Positions 1 through 11,810 of a stretch of 64,000 bases of DNA are shown here, one piece after another. How positions within the stretch are numbered: position 1 is the stretch's first letter; the number at the start of each line of letters is the position of its first letter. The stretch covers positions 54,832,812 to 54,896,811 of the forward strand of contig NC_068995.1 in assembly GCF_001194135.2 (NCBI RefSeq), given 5' to 3'. Source of the DNA: Octopus bimaculoides (taxonomy: Eukaryota). The notes beneath the pieces were generated by a model. That model was not told the origin of the DNA, did no database searches, and saw only the letters and a list, made by a program, of their open reading frames with translations. Both the position numbers and the translations under genes were made by a program.

Positions 1-41
1 TGTATATGTGATTATATATATATATGTATATATACATATAC

Positions 42-42
<1 letters not shown>

Positions 43-116
<74 letters not shown>
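43..116. repeat. Compound microsatellite (CA)n(TA)n(TG)n, self-complementary
   Basis: Direct reading: about (CA)13(TA)14(TG)10. Confidence 0.95.
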
Positions 117-117
<1 letters not shown>

Positions 118-132
118 ATATATACATATATG

Positions 133-165
<33 letters not shown>

Positions 166-185
166 NNNNNNNNNNNNNNNNNNNN

Positions 186-224
<39 letters not shown>

Positions 225-617
225 AAATATAAATATATATGCACGCACACACAGAGCGAGAAGAAAGCACTGACACACACACACACACATATATGTTTCT
301 GTGTATATCTTATGCATATATGTTTGTATACGCGTGTTACAACGTCATATGTATAGTTTTTGTAAATAATGTCTGCTTTTTATCAATAATACTTTCCGCT
401 TACTAACAAATTACACAACAGTGACAGAATCTCTGGCGTTCTTTCAAAACCTTCCTATGTGGTGACCTGTCTACAACACGTAGACTGAATCAAAATTTGG
501 TCAGTATTGTGGCCAATGATCTGCTATAATATATCCCATCAGATAATTCACAAAGTTGGGAAGCTGAATTTGCCACTACGTCTTTGTGATTTTATTTGAT
601 AATACATTCTACTACAG

Positions 618-732
618 AAGTCCGTGCGGGTCAATGCATTGTGGTTCAATTTCGTAGAGAGAAAGTATGTACAAAGGCGCCATATATTGTTCGCGTTGAA
701 GCATTTTACTCCGCCATATGTTCACAACCGAA
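618..732 (+). CDS. Candidate internal coding exon of an unidentified gene (EVRAGQCIVVQFRREKVCTKAPYIVRVEAFYSAICSQP)
   Basis: Acceptor ttctactacag, donor AA|gtaaga, stop-free frame (phase 1 to phase 2). No family recognised; could be chance. Confidence 0.3.
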
Positions 733-1335
733 GTAAGATACTTGTTAACTCTCGGTTGGTTAACAATTCTTCAAACGTATTAATAACTTTACTAACTGAA
801 AATATTTACTGGGACTGATTTGATGAAAGAAACCCTTCGGTGCAGTGCTCCAATACGATTGCAGGGAGATTACTGAATGATGTAAATAAAATATACAATA
901 GAAAGCTCATCGCTGATTATTATACGCTCGACTAGATGAAAAACAATGAAATGTTGGTTAAATAATGTACGTCAATTCAAATAAAAATTAATTTTCAATG
1001 ATTCTAAAAATGACTAAAATACATTTTCTTAAAGGAACTCATAACTAGACAAATGGAATTATTATATTGTGGCCGCCAATAAATGATAGGCCAAAGAAAT
1101 ATTTCACAAACGATAATTTTTATGTACTACGCTGACATTTCCGACACTGTCGTTCCTGAACGTCTTATAAGACGCACTAATGAGATTACAGGTTCCTTGC
1201 AGGGACGAGTAAGTTGCACACAACATTAGCAATAAACGTGTATATTCATCAATATTGCAAAGTTACCTGTATTACATTTCTTTATAAAAGCTATATATTG
1301 TCCGACATTTGTGCCAAGTCACACCTTGATCCTGC

Positions 1336-1350
1336 AGTAGTAGTAGTAGT

Positions 1351-1429
<79 letters not shown>

Positions 1430-1445
1430 GTAGTGGTGATGGTGG
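1336..1445. repeat. (AGT)n/(AGC)n trinucleotide microsatellite
   Basis: Direct reading; explains the poly-V/poly-A of ORF 1214..1579. Confidence 0.95.
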
Positions 1446-1684
1446 TCGACTGGTGTATTAATAGTAGAGAGGTAATTGGGAGTTGTGTAAGCAGTTTTAA
1501 TAATCCATCTACAAGACGTAATAGAGCAGTAGTAGTAGCAGTAACGGAAGCATCATCATCACCATCAACTTTATTATAATCAGTTCTATATTACATTATC
1601 TCAATTTGAATCCGAGTTCTATTTCAGGTAGTGACCTCAATAATAATAATAATGATAATAATAACAACAACAACAACAACATCG

Positions 1685-1825
1685 AAAAATACCTTAGGAA
1701 TGAGAACCCAGGTTCCAAATTTCCCCAAGGCACCTGATGAAGGCTTGAGGGTATAGCAGCCGAAACGTGTTAACAACAAACAAGATGAGGACAAATATCG
1801 GTCAAATGTAAATAATGTAAATAAT
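1685..1825 (+). mobile_element. Short repeat, probably a Penelope-like element terminal segment, containing a hammerhead-like core
   Basis: CTGATGA at 1734-1740, stem GGCT/AGCC, GAAAC at 1762-1766; embedded between AAT/AAC tracts. PLE assignment is inference. Confidence 0.5.
1729..1771 (+). ncRNA. Degenerate type I hammerhead ribozyme motif
   Basis: GGCAC-CTGATGA-A-GGCT...AGCC-GAAAC-GTGTT. Stem I (GGCAC/GTGTT) and stem II can pair, but there is no room for the NUH cleavage triplet in this copy. Confidence 0.5.
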
Positions 1826-1879
1826 TATTATCATTATTATGAGTCGCAACAGCAGCGGTAGCAACAGTAGCAGCAGCAA

Positions 1880-1882
1880 CAA

Positions 1883-1958
<76 letters not shown>
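1880..1958. repeat. (AGT)n microsatellite
   Basis: Direct reading. Confidence 0.95.
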
Positions 1959-1959
<1 letters not shown>

Positions 1960-2399
1960 AAAGGAAAACGAATAAATTATAACTGGAAAACTATCAAGAA
2001 CATACTTCACTACTAGATAACTTCCAAGATTTCAACAGCCAACACTTAGACAGAATGTAAAATAATCGCAATCGACGTTTAAAAACAAAAAAAGAGAAAC
2101 ACAGAAGATAATTGAGTTGTTATATCTCGTGTGAACATAGACAATAACAAATATTGATTACATCATTTGGAGAAGAAACTTTTTTTGAAAGAAAATAATT
2201 TTAAACACTAAACTGAAAACGAATGTTGTGAAAATTTCTTAGAATTAGATATTATAATTGTTTGCAGGTGATATAGTCACATGAAAAGAGAACACAATAT
2301 TACTGGTATGTATTGTCTCCTACTAAACATTGATGTATATTATAATGTTCGAAATAAAAGGTAATATAATTCTTTTCACCTTTTGGTACAAGAAAATTT

Positions 2400-2545
2400 G
2401 GGTGAAGGGCTGAATGACGTCGACCCAAGAATTCATACGTTACTTGTTTTATAGACTCCGAAAGGATGAAAGGCAAAGTCGACCTCAAAGGCAGAATTTG
2501 AACTCAGAACGTGAAGACGGACGATATACTACTGCTAGACATTAC
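2400..2545 (-). mobile_element. tRNA-derived SINE family A, partial copy
   Basis: Shares gactccgaaaggatgaaaggcaaagtcgacctc...aatttgaactcagaacgt with the copy at 2592-2812. Confidence 0.75.
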
Positions 2546-2559
2546 TTAGTTATAAAACC

Positions 2560-2591
<32 letters not shown>

Positions 2592-2812
2592 CCTGTCTAC
2601 TGGAAGCACAAAGCCTCAAATTTGGAGGAATGGATTAAGTCGATTCTATCGACCCCAATGCGTATCGTGTGCTGATTTTATCGACTCCGGAACGATGAAC
2701 AGCAAAGTCAACCTCGGCGGAATTTGAACTCCTAACGTAACGACAGACGAAATACCGCTAAGCATTTTGCCCGGCGTGCTAACGATTCTGCCAACTCACC
2801 GCCTTACTCAGA
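2592..2812 (-). mobile_element. tRNA-derived SINE family A, near full length
   Basis: Minus strand shows A-box-like TGGCAGAATCG, B-box-like GAGTTCAAATTCC, a central domain and an (ATT)n tail at about 2562-2590. Confidence 0.8.
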
Positions 2813-2849
2813 ATAATGATGATAATGTTGATGATGATGATGACGATGA

Positions 2850-2965
2850 TGATGATTTCTAATTTTGGCACAAGGCCAGCGACTTCAGGGGAGCGGGTTG
2901 TCAATTACATAAATTCCACTGCTGTGGTTTTTTCATCGACCCCCAAAAGAATAAAAGGCAAAACA
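2850..2965 (-). mobile_element. SINE family A, 3' half
   Basis: ttttggcacaaggccagc...atcgacccccaaaagaataaaaggcaaa; similar to 13852-13965. Confidence 0.65.
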
Positions 2966-4719
2966 CCTCTCCGTGAAAGCATTCTTTGTCTTGTAACTGA
3001 ACTTCGTCATTCAGTCATGGATTTACATTTGAAACAATATTGAAGTATCTAATAAACTAAATTTGCTTTTGCTGCTCTGTCAAACAATGCAATAAATGTA
3101 AACGAGGATTCTTCAAAATTCTTTTGAAGCGGAGTAAAAACAAAACAAAAAAATAAGTTTAATATAACATTACAATTCATAACTACCGTTGCTAAATATT
3201 ACGCAGTTAGAAAACCAGATTGTACCTTAAGATCCCAGAGACCAATATACATCTTCAAATTTCTTGTGACAAAAACAGACAGACACACAAACACGCACAC
3301 ACAACCACACACACGCACACACAACCACACACACACGCACAAATGTTATGCGCATCCTCAAAATATGAGCGCTCGACCTTCGATACCAAAACATTTCAAT
3401 AGTATAGAAACGTGCTGAAATTATTGATATTCTGTTTTGACCCGGAGCTGCGTTTCGTTAAGTGTGTTTTCAGAATATATGGAGAGACTGCTAAGTGGTA
3501 TACAAACATTACATTTTAAACGAAGCAGCAAATTGAATTCACGTTAGGTTTTTTTTCTTTTCTTCTTCTTCCAAATATTGCTAATATGAATTTAATAAAA
3601 TTCCTGCACAGATCGTACATTCAACATAATTCGTAATTACTATTAATATTGACTCTACCTACTATGATTTTTTGTTTCTGTTAAAGACCTGTTATTAAGA
3701 GTTAATTCTTCGCGACTGAGCTCCTGAATTTAATGTTTTCGGAAATTGCATCGGCAACATCCACTTATAATGCCAAACAGTCGTCCCTCGAATTTACCAG
3801 TGTGACAGGGCATGATTGCCAAAAGTACTGACACAGGGACAGATATATCACATCTTAACATGATTGGGGAAGCAGCCGATCTTTTCAATATTATTTCAAC
3901 AACTGCATAAGGAGTTCATACGTCCATACATACATATATGCACCCATATGTCTATATACGTACACGCATTCATAGCCGTACACAGATATATGCACACAAA
4001 CGAACACATACATGGTTATATTTCACTGTCTAGATCCTAATTCTGCGCGCCCCGATAACTTATTTACTTACCATTGAGCAATCGTTTGAAAATTCACGAC
4101 GAAGGACACAACGCTGTGTTTACTGGTGAAATATTTTCGTTTGGTTGGCAATAAATATGAAATCATATGGTTATTCAATTTATTTTCCTATCAATGATGA
4201 GATAAATTACAGTAACACATTTATGACTAATGTTAATTAATTGAAATCAAAGTATTAATTGAGATTCAAATTGTTAGATATCTCTTTAAACTTGCTGAAT
4301 ATTACTTCATTAATATGCGATCTATTTGCAGATTTATAATAAATCAAATTTTATTGAAATTTCATTTTGATCTTATATTACAATATACTCAAATTTAACT
4401 TATTAGTACTATATGTTTGTGGTATATGGAAATATTATATTTTATAGAGAGGAAAACTTTAATTTTCAAACAAAATCGTGTACATTTATGAATTCATAAA
4501 CCTTTAAGATAATACACCAAAGGAATACACTTTATTCATCTTTATTACATCATGTAATCCTCTCTGTATATCTAATTCGCTAAGCCATATATTAATACAT
4601 AAACCTAGCCATTCTAAATTCTTTATTCATGATTTTTTCTCCACAATGCTAGCCACTACATCAATCGAATTTAGTCACTAATGTACCTGACATGTATATA
4701 AGTGTACAGGAAAGTGCGG

Positions 4720-5420
4720 CAACTTTCCTTGCAAAGAAATCGGAAATTAATGGTAACGGAGCTCAAGGCTGAGGACAGAGAGTGAAAACTTCATTTTAGC
4801 TGCTGAAGGTCAAAGCTTACTGACCTGGCACCAAGCCATTGTGATGAAAAATGGAGTAGATTCAAAATTCCGTTTCTGCTATTATGTGAATGAAAGAGTG
4901 GGTCATCTAATCTCTGGATATAAAGTCTTAGCACCAGTGGAATATAAATCAAGACATGACAGATTTGGCCAAGCTGGTTAATATGTCGGTATTATAAAAT
5001 CAAAGCTACCGACAAGACGTATAATCACCATCCTGAGGCTGTAACCGAGGGAAGAAATGTAACGATTCTTTTGGACTTACAGACAAAACTATCAAAGCTA
5101 ATAAACCCGTTATCATTGTGAAAGACCAAAGCAATACAGTCTATTTATTGTTCGACATACGTACACCTAATGATCATAATATCTCGGCAAAAGAATTTGA
5201 GAAGCTCAGAAGGTATAAAGATTTGCACATTCAAATTGAGAAAATGTGGCATCTCATGGCGCTTACAATACCAGTGATTTTCGGTGTGCTAGGAATAATA
5301 AAAGAAAGAAAGAAAAACTATTTGAGAATGAGCAGTAGCTTACCATTCGCGTTAGAAGTACAAAAGATTGTTTTAAATGGAATATCATACGTACCGAGAA
5401 AAGCATTGGCGATGCTTTTC
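4720..5420 (+). mobile_element. R4/Dong-clade non-LTR retrotransposon remnant (zinc knuckle plus restriction-like endonuclease region)
   Basis: Translation with stops: ESENFILAAEGQSL...ERVGHLISGYKVLAPVEYKSRHD...LLFDIRTPNDHNISAKEFEKLRRYKDLHIQIEKMW...IPVIFGVLG. Confidence 0.8.
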
Positions 5421-5611
5421 AATCTTTTCTTTGTATTTATGTATTTAGTTCACATAAATTAATTTCATTTAGTTTAATGTCCTATCAATGTATACGGATG
5501 GAAAGGCACACAGCAAGAAATGGAAGCAAAATTAATAGAAGAAAAATAATAACAACGGCAACAATAATAATAACAGATAAATTTTGATAAATCTGATAAA
5601 GTCAATTTCTT

Positions 5612-6095
5612 GCATGCACTTTGACCATCCGAGCTGCAAACATAGTACCAGCTCTCGTCAGAGAAGACTATCGACCTCCACTGTTGATGCCGCCAATATC
5701 CGTGCTGTGTAGCGCACTGTAATCGTCCCTGACGGTGGTGGGTAATGAGGACAGGCCCTCGAGCAGTACTACAGCAACGCAGGTTGTTGTCGGCCAGTCG
5801 ACGTCGCTGATGAGTCGCTGTCCAGTGCCAATGGTCTCGCGAGTTGTCCCGCCGGCCGGTCTGAGGTGATCACGGAGGTGCTGCAGGTGGATGAAGCGGC
5901 CCTACCTGTGCGTAGTGTACCGGGGTGACCCAGCGAGCCACGGTCTGCTGTACTGTTGGTGTTGTTGCATCGCTGTTGCAGGCGATAGATGGTGCCGACA
6001 TGGATATTGTAAGCTTTCGCAACTACTATTGCACGCCGCTACGATTGAAATCGGCCGCAGGCTTGATGTCTCTGCGCTACTGACAATCAGGTCAT
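5612..6095 (-). mobile_element. Tc1-family transposase pseudogene fragment
   Basis: From ATG at 6095: MT*LSVAQRHQACGRFQS*RRAIVVAKAYNIHVGTIYRLQQRCNNTNSTADR; after frameshifts GPVLITHHRQGRLQCATQHGYWRHQQWRSIVFSDES (first catalytic D at about 5657-5659). Truncated soon after. Confidence 0.85.
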
Positions 6096-6306
6096 ACTTG
6101 ATGCGTAAACTACGAATGCCCAGAACCCGGTTAAAGTTGATTTGTATATTCATAACCTCCACTAGATGCAGTTCGATTTCGATTTTCATGACAATTGTTT
6201 GCTACTGCCATCCACAGCATTCAACGCAGCTGCGTGTTGGCGTCTCGTTTCATGGAAAGTTGAAAGTTTACCTGCAATTTGGGTCTGAGCCATAAACCAT
6301 CCTGTC

Positions 6307-6478
6307 TTGGAATATTTACACTTATATCTCCGAAAGAATTTTTCAGAAATTACCATATAAACATGACATTTAGAAAAATGGCGTTTCTTTTGCGGTTCAG
6401 GGTATAATTGATTAAAATTCTTTTTTATATGGTAACTTTTGAAAAATTATTTCGGAGATATTAGTGTAAATATCCCAA
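6307..6478. mobile_element. MITE-like element with about 55-bp terminal inverted repeats
   Basis: 6307-6361 is the reverse complement of 6424-6478 with about 5 mismatches; spacer about 62 bp. Confidence 0.75.
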
Positions 6479-6819
6479 ATCTCCATGACAAACATGTTTC
6501 GACTCGTTAACTTATGTTCACGAACATACATTTTGATCTACTGAAACATGTTCGCATCCGCACATTTACATTTACTTATACATCCTTTCTGGAATCTGCA
6601 GACATAACGAACTGATTTTTCTCAATAAATATACTTACATGAATAAATTTTAAGAATTAAGATAACGTTACAGATTTAATGTCAACAGAAACAGAACATC
6701 ATGTCTAATGTACGATACTATAATTATTATCTGTTTTCACCCATGGAGAATCTAATGTATTTACATTAGAATCTAATGTAAATACATACATAGACACACA
6801 CACGCACACACACACATAT

Positions 6820-6863
<44 letters not shown>

Positions 6864-7736
6864 GGTGGCCTTTGTAAATATATGAGCGTGTGCGTGTGTG
6901 CATATGTATGCGCATATATTGACAGGTATTAAAAATTAAAATAACACTTAGATAAATAATATTGAATTATATACAGGGAAACAATGAATGCTATTTAAAT
7001 ACTCTTGTAATATTTCCTGTTTTGTATACATCATATATTTCCATTTATCATTTAATAGATTTTTCTCTATTGTTAAACTAGAAAACATGTATATTACTAG
7101 TGCATATCGATTGAAGATAGAATGTTATCTCTTTTTTCTCACTGAATTTAGCATCTCCTACGTTTTGTAACTTATAATATATATATATAAGTAAACATTT
7201 CACCTACATATTAATTTGTATCAGAATTTCGCATATATTCGTGTGATTCTAGTATATCATCAAAGTATAATGATACGTATTATCCTTGTTCAAGCACCTT
7301 ACATAATTCTTTTGCTATGCACATCAAACCTATTCGAAAATAATATGATATAATATAATATTATATATATATATANNNNNNNNNNTTATCTGCTAAGAAT
7401 TCAAATGATGTTCTATTGTCAGGCATTAATTTCCCTCCACAGGTTTAGAAAACTTTTATTTTTTATTCAGAATATTTTAATATTTTAAATGAAATTGCCG
7501 CAACTAATAAGAAATAAATATTTATTTCCAGAATAGTAAACAGTATAACATTGTAAGTAAGACAATAGAACCAGAGTTTAAATATAACAAAATCATTTTT
7601 AAAAAAAGCAGAAGATAGATGTGTGTAGAGATGCAAATCTATGAGAACTATATTGTGCATTATCAGAACAATGGTGAAGATTTTATCTGTATACCAACCG
7701 TTGGAAATCTGCAAGACATATCAATACATACATACA

Positions 7737-7769
<33 letters not shown>

Positions 7770-7770
<1 letters not shown>

Positions 7771-7915
7771 AGATAATCTGGGTCTCGACTGAAGAGAGAA
7801 AACTCCGAATGGCCTGATCTTGTTTTCGTTGTATCGTCTATCTGAATGTTCTGTCCCTTTCTTATATCACCTAGCTGTCTTGGTGTTTTGTGTTCCTGTC
7901 CCATTCTGTATTATA
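7770..7915 (+). mobile_element. Interspersed repeat copy (also at 9410-9553) with a CTGAAGA hammerhead-like motif
   Basis: Aligns by eye to 9410-9553 with scattered substitutions; both copies end at a dinucleotide microsatellite. Confidence 0.7.
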
Positions 7916-7931
7916 CACACACACACACACA

Positions 7932-8808
7932 NNNNNNNNNNNNNNNNNNNNNNNNNNNNNNNNNNNNNNNNNNNNNNNNNNNNNNNNNNNNNNNNNNNNN
8001 NNNNNNNNNNNNNNNNNNNNNNNNNNNNNNNNNNNNNNNNNNNNNNNNNNNNNNNNNNNNNNNNNNNNNNNNNNNNNNNNNNNNNNNNNNNNNNNNNNNN
8101 NNNNNNNNNNNNNNNNNNNNNNNNNNNNNNNNNNNNNNNNNNNNNNNNNNNNNNNNNNNNNNNNNNNNNNNNNNNNNNNNNNNNNNNNNNNNNNNNNNNN
8201 NNNNNNNNNNNNNNNNNNNNNNNNNNNNNNNNNNNNNNNNNNNNNNNNNNNNNNNNNNNNNNNNNNNNNNNNNNNNNNNNNNNNNNNNNNNNNNNNNNNN
8301 NNNNNNNNNNNNNNNNNNNNNNNNNNNNNNNNNNNNNNNNNNNNNNNNNNNNNNNNNNNNNNNNNNNNNNNNNNNNNNNNNNNNNNNNNNNNNNNNNNNN
8401 NNNNNNNNNNNNNNNNNNNNNNNNNNNNNNNNNNNNNNNNNNNNNNNNNNNNNNNNNNNNNNNNNNNNNNNNNNNNNNNNNNNNNNNNNNNNNNNNNNNN
8501 NNNNNNNNNNNNNNNNNNNNNNNNNNNNNNNNNNNNNNNNNNNNNNNNNNNNNNNNNNNNNNNNNNNNNNNNNNNNNNNNNNNNNNNNNNNNNNNNNNNN
8601 NNNNNNNNNNNNNNNNNNNNNNNNNNNNNNNNNNNNNNNNNNNNNNNNNNNNNNNNNNNNNNNNNNNNNNNNNNNNNNNNNNNNNNNNNNNNNNNNNNNN
8701 NNNNNNNNNNNNNNNNNNNNNNNNNNNNNNNNNNNNNNNNNNNNNNNNNNNNNNNNNNNNNNNNNNNNNNNNNNNNNNNNNNNNNNNNNNNNNNNNNNNN
8801 NNNNNNNN
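7932..8808. other. Assembly gap (N run) flanked by (CA)n and (AT)n
   Basis: Direct reading; ORFs spanning it are artefacts. Confidence 0.99.
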
Positions 8809-8835
8809 ATATATATATATATATATATATATATA

Positions 8836-9553
8836 AGCGGCGTACGTACGCCTGTCTCTTATATGTAAGCATACATTTTTCAAAATCTTGTATGACTCTA
8901 TTTCTGTCTATCAACCCCTTCACCCTTATTCGTTCATTCCACCGTTCATTCTTTCACTCCCCCTCGCCCACATTTCCTTGTCTTCTCCTCTCCCTGCGTT
9001 TTCACTTCACTGTGTCCTTGTCATTTTTTCACGCCCCTCCTTAATTCTTTTGTACCTATGTCTCTACCTCTCTATCTTCTCTTCCCACGTGACCCGTGTT
9101 CGGCCAGGCCTGACCTTCTTCTTTGGCCGGCCGTTGAGTATGCAGCATCGTTATTCCTCCCTGTGCCTGTGAAATCTTGTATCTCGGTTGAAAGGCCTTA
9201 TATCCTTAGATGCCAGCTTAATTTTATTCGTCCTTAGTCGAAAGATATTTGTTGTTTTACTCTGTTATTATTCCTACTGTATTTGTGTAACATTGTTTTT
9301 TTCCCGTCCTTCTTTGTGTATACATTCGCTGCTTTCTTCCAAGGAATCTAATGCTCTTAGCTTAGTTTTTCTTTGTAGCAATATTGAGAATAACCAGCCG
9401 GAATTCAAAAGATAATCTGGATCTCGACTGAAGAGAGAAAACTCCGAATGACCCGTGCGTGTTTTCTTTGTATCGTCTATCTGAATGTGTTGTCCCTTTC
9501 TTGTATCACCTATCTGTCTCGATGTTTTGCGTTCTTGTCCCATTCTGTATTAT
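8836..9553. mobile_element. Unclassified pyrimidine-rich interspersed repeat ending in the segment shared with 7770-7915
   Basis: Higher GC than flanks, bounded by (AT)n on both sides; its last ~145 bp are duplicated at 7770. Confidence 0.45.
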
Positions 9554-9764
9554 TTATATGAATATATATATATATANNNNNNNNNNNNNNNNNNNNNNNN
9601 NNNNNNNNNNNNNNNNNNNNNNNNNNNNNNNNNNNNNNNNNNNNNNNNNNNNNNNNNNNNNNNNNNNNNNNNNNNNNNNNNNNNNNNNNNNNNNNNNNNN
9701 NNNNNNNTATATACATATACTGCTGTGACTGGGGAGGGTCATTTTCTTTTTGTACCTTGTAATT

Positions 9765-9945
9765 TAAGGGAGAGCTGTTAGCACGCCTGATAAAAAAGCA
9801 TCACAGCATTTTCTCCGCGGTAACGTTTTGAATTCATATTCCTTTCCCGGTCGATAACATAAAATACCAATTAAACACTGGAGTCGATGCAATCGACTAA
9901 CTTGCCCCTCCAAAATATCAGTCTTCTACCAATAGTAGGAAAGAA
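9765..9945 (+). mobile_element. SINE family A, degenerate sense copy
   Basis: gttagcacgcc...aacgttttgaattcatattcc...ggtcgataa...ggagtcgatgcaatcgactaa matches the reverse complement of 2592-2812. Confidence 0.65.
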
Positions 9946-11679
9946 TATTTGTTGAACGTGATATTGAGATATTACTTACTAATCTATTTTAGATTCGTTC
10001 CCACTAAAATTTACGGTTAAAACGTTTTGAACATCATACATTTTCTTATTCGGCAAACGTTGTAACGTTATTTTCTGCATTTTCTTAATCCTGAAATATC
10101 AGTTGAGATACAAGTAATAGTAATATCTTTTGTAATATAGAATTGCCATCTATTTAGTGTTTCCCTATTACACATGCTATTCAACAAATTGGTTCATATT
10201 TCGTGTACTGGCTTCTTAATTTCGTTTCGAAATTGGTTATTATGTTTGCTTCCATAGCGAAAGTTTAGATATTCACAATGTTCGAGAAGAGAAGGCATAA
10301 AAAAAAACACAGAAAAGCATTCAGAATTAATTTGATATTCAAGTGTTTTAGTCACCACTCCGATGATATAGTAGATTTAACTTATACGGCATCCTGGGAA
10401 TGTGATAATTAAATTTCTGTCGCAAAAGCAAGTTGTTCACGAATGGAAGAATCTATATTCCAAGTAATTGTTCCTTAAACAGACAAATTAAAAGAAATCC
10501 CACTATAACATTCAAGAACGAGTTAATGGGTGTATTGCGAACACTTAAACCGGTATGTAGTTTAGCGTTACGCGAGAATCGATTCACATTTGCACTTTTC
10601 AAATAGTTGTAAACGATGGACGGGAAATAGTCTCTAAATGAAATAATGAAATAGATAAGAATGGAAACAGAATATCTTAAGGTTATGTGTTTTGTTCAAC
10701 TAACAGAATCATTTATTTGCATCAATTTATATGGCTTCCATGTTATTGTTTTTATATTGATTAACACACATTTACTTCTGTTGCTATTTAGTGTCCACAA
10801 TCGCTCATTGTTTCGTTATGTATTGGATTTATGTTTTATTTTTCTCAGGCAATATTCCATACACGGAATCCAAACATGTTTTATTTTAACACATGTTATA
10901 AACGGATACTCAATAAAAACCCATTGTGTTAAAAATATCTTGTAGTACATAGCCAAATGACGAAGTACATCTAGGAATATATATTTTGAAAATCATTCAA
11001 AACAAAACAATTTGTAGCCTATTATTTAAATACTGATACAAAAATTGTAATAATGGCTTTCTGTAGGAAGTCCATACAAATGATATGAAGATACATTTGT
11101 ATTTTATTATAGCAACAAAGTTCTCTTACTTCATGCACAGAAAATTTAACAATTTCATTTTCTTTTCCCGATAATAATGCAGTGTTCGTTCAGTACTTTC
11201 TATCATCTTTTGTATGTTGTGAAATGTTAGAATGGTAATCTGTAAAAAAAAAAATGTAGTTAGACAAACATATATTACTCATACTACACTGATTCAGTTA
11301 TGTACAAATGTTCATATATAGGTTCGAATAGAAAAATACATCCCAAGAACGCTTAAAACATTGCTGATCCGTCTGCGCTAAAATCAGATTTACTAACATA
11401 AGTTTAGCAATCATATTGATAAGTGGCAAGACAAGACTTCTCTAAAAATATCAACCACACAGGTTTCTTATCAACACCAAACTTAACGGTGTCCTTTGAG
11501 GTGGAATCGACTCTTCATGATTAGCTACTGAGTAATCTATTGAAATGCGACATTATATTTCATACGAAACGATTGCAACTTTGTTAAAAGGCTTGAGTCT
11601 TCCTCCCGTTTCACCTCCTATTAGATGTGGTAGTCACATTTGTTTTAGTGACACTTGAAAGACTTTATATGTGTGTATG

Positions 11680-11810
11680 CATACATATAAATGCAATCCA
11701 ACAATCCCCAGAGACGTTGAAACAATTGTTGATAACAATCTAAGCTGGAGTTCTCACGCAATATGTGCTCCTGGATTCTTTTCAGTCTAGAGGTTAGTAG
11801 GCATCGAGCA
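11680..11810 (+). mobile_element. CR1-type LINE fragment, local duplicate of 12950-13078
   Basis: Highly similar to 12950-13078; encodes RDVETIVDNNLSWSSH-like sequence. Confidence 0.65.

Noticed and set aside
1214-1579. Hydrophobic poly-Val/Ala ORF resembling a membrane protein
   Set aside because: It is the translation of an (AGT)/(AGC) microsatellite.
2268-2305. Segment with good acceptor (tttgcag) and donor (gtatgt)
   Set aside because: Stop codons in all three frames; it could only be non-coding.
2592-2812. tRNA gene suggested by A/B boxes
   Set aside because: The boxes belong to SINE heads followed by a body and tail; no cloverleaf is evident.
5807-5830. CTGATGA hammerhead-like heptamer
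   Set aside because: No stem II or GAAA follows, and it lies in the antisense of the Tc1 fossil.
5891-6295. Cys-rich 134-aa plus-strand ORF and 95-aa minus-strand ORF
   Set aside because: Both are alternative frames of the decayed Tc1 transposase.
7820-9044. ORFs of 338-384 aa
   Set aside because: They consist almost entirely of N-gap; the same applies to 52288-53367, 19239-20134 and other gap-spanning ORFs.
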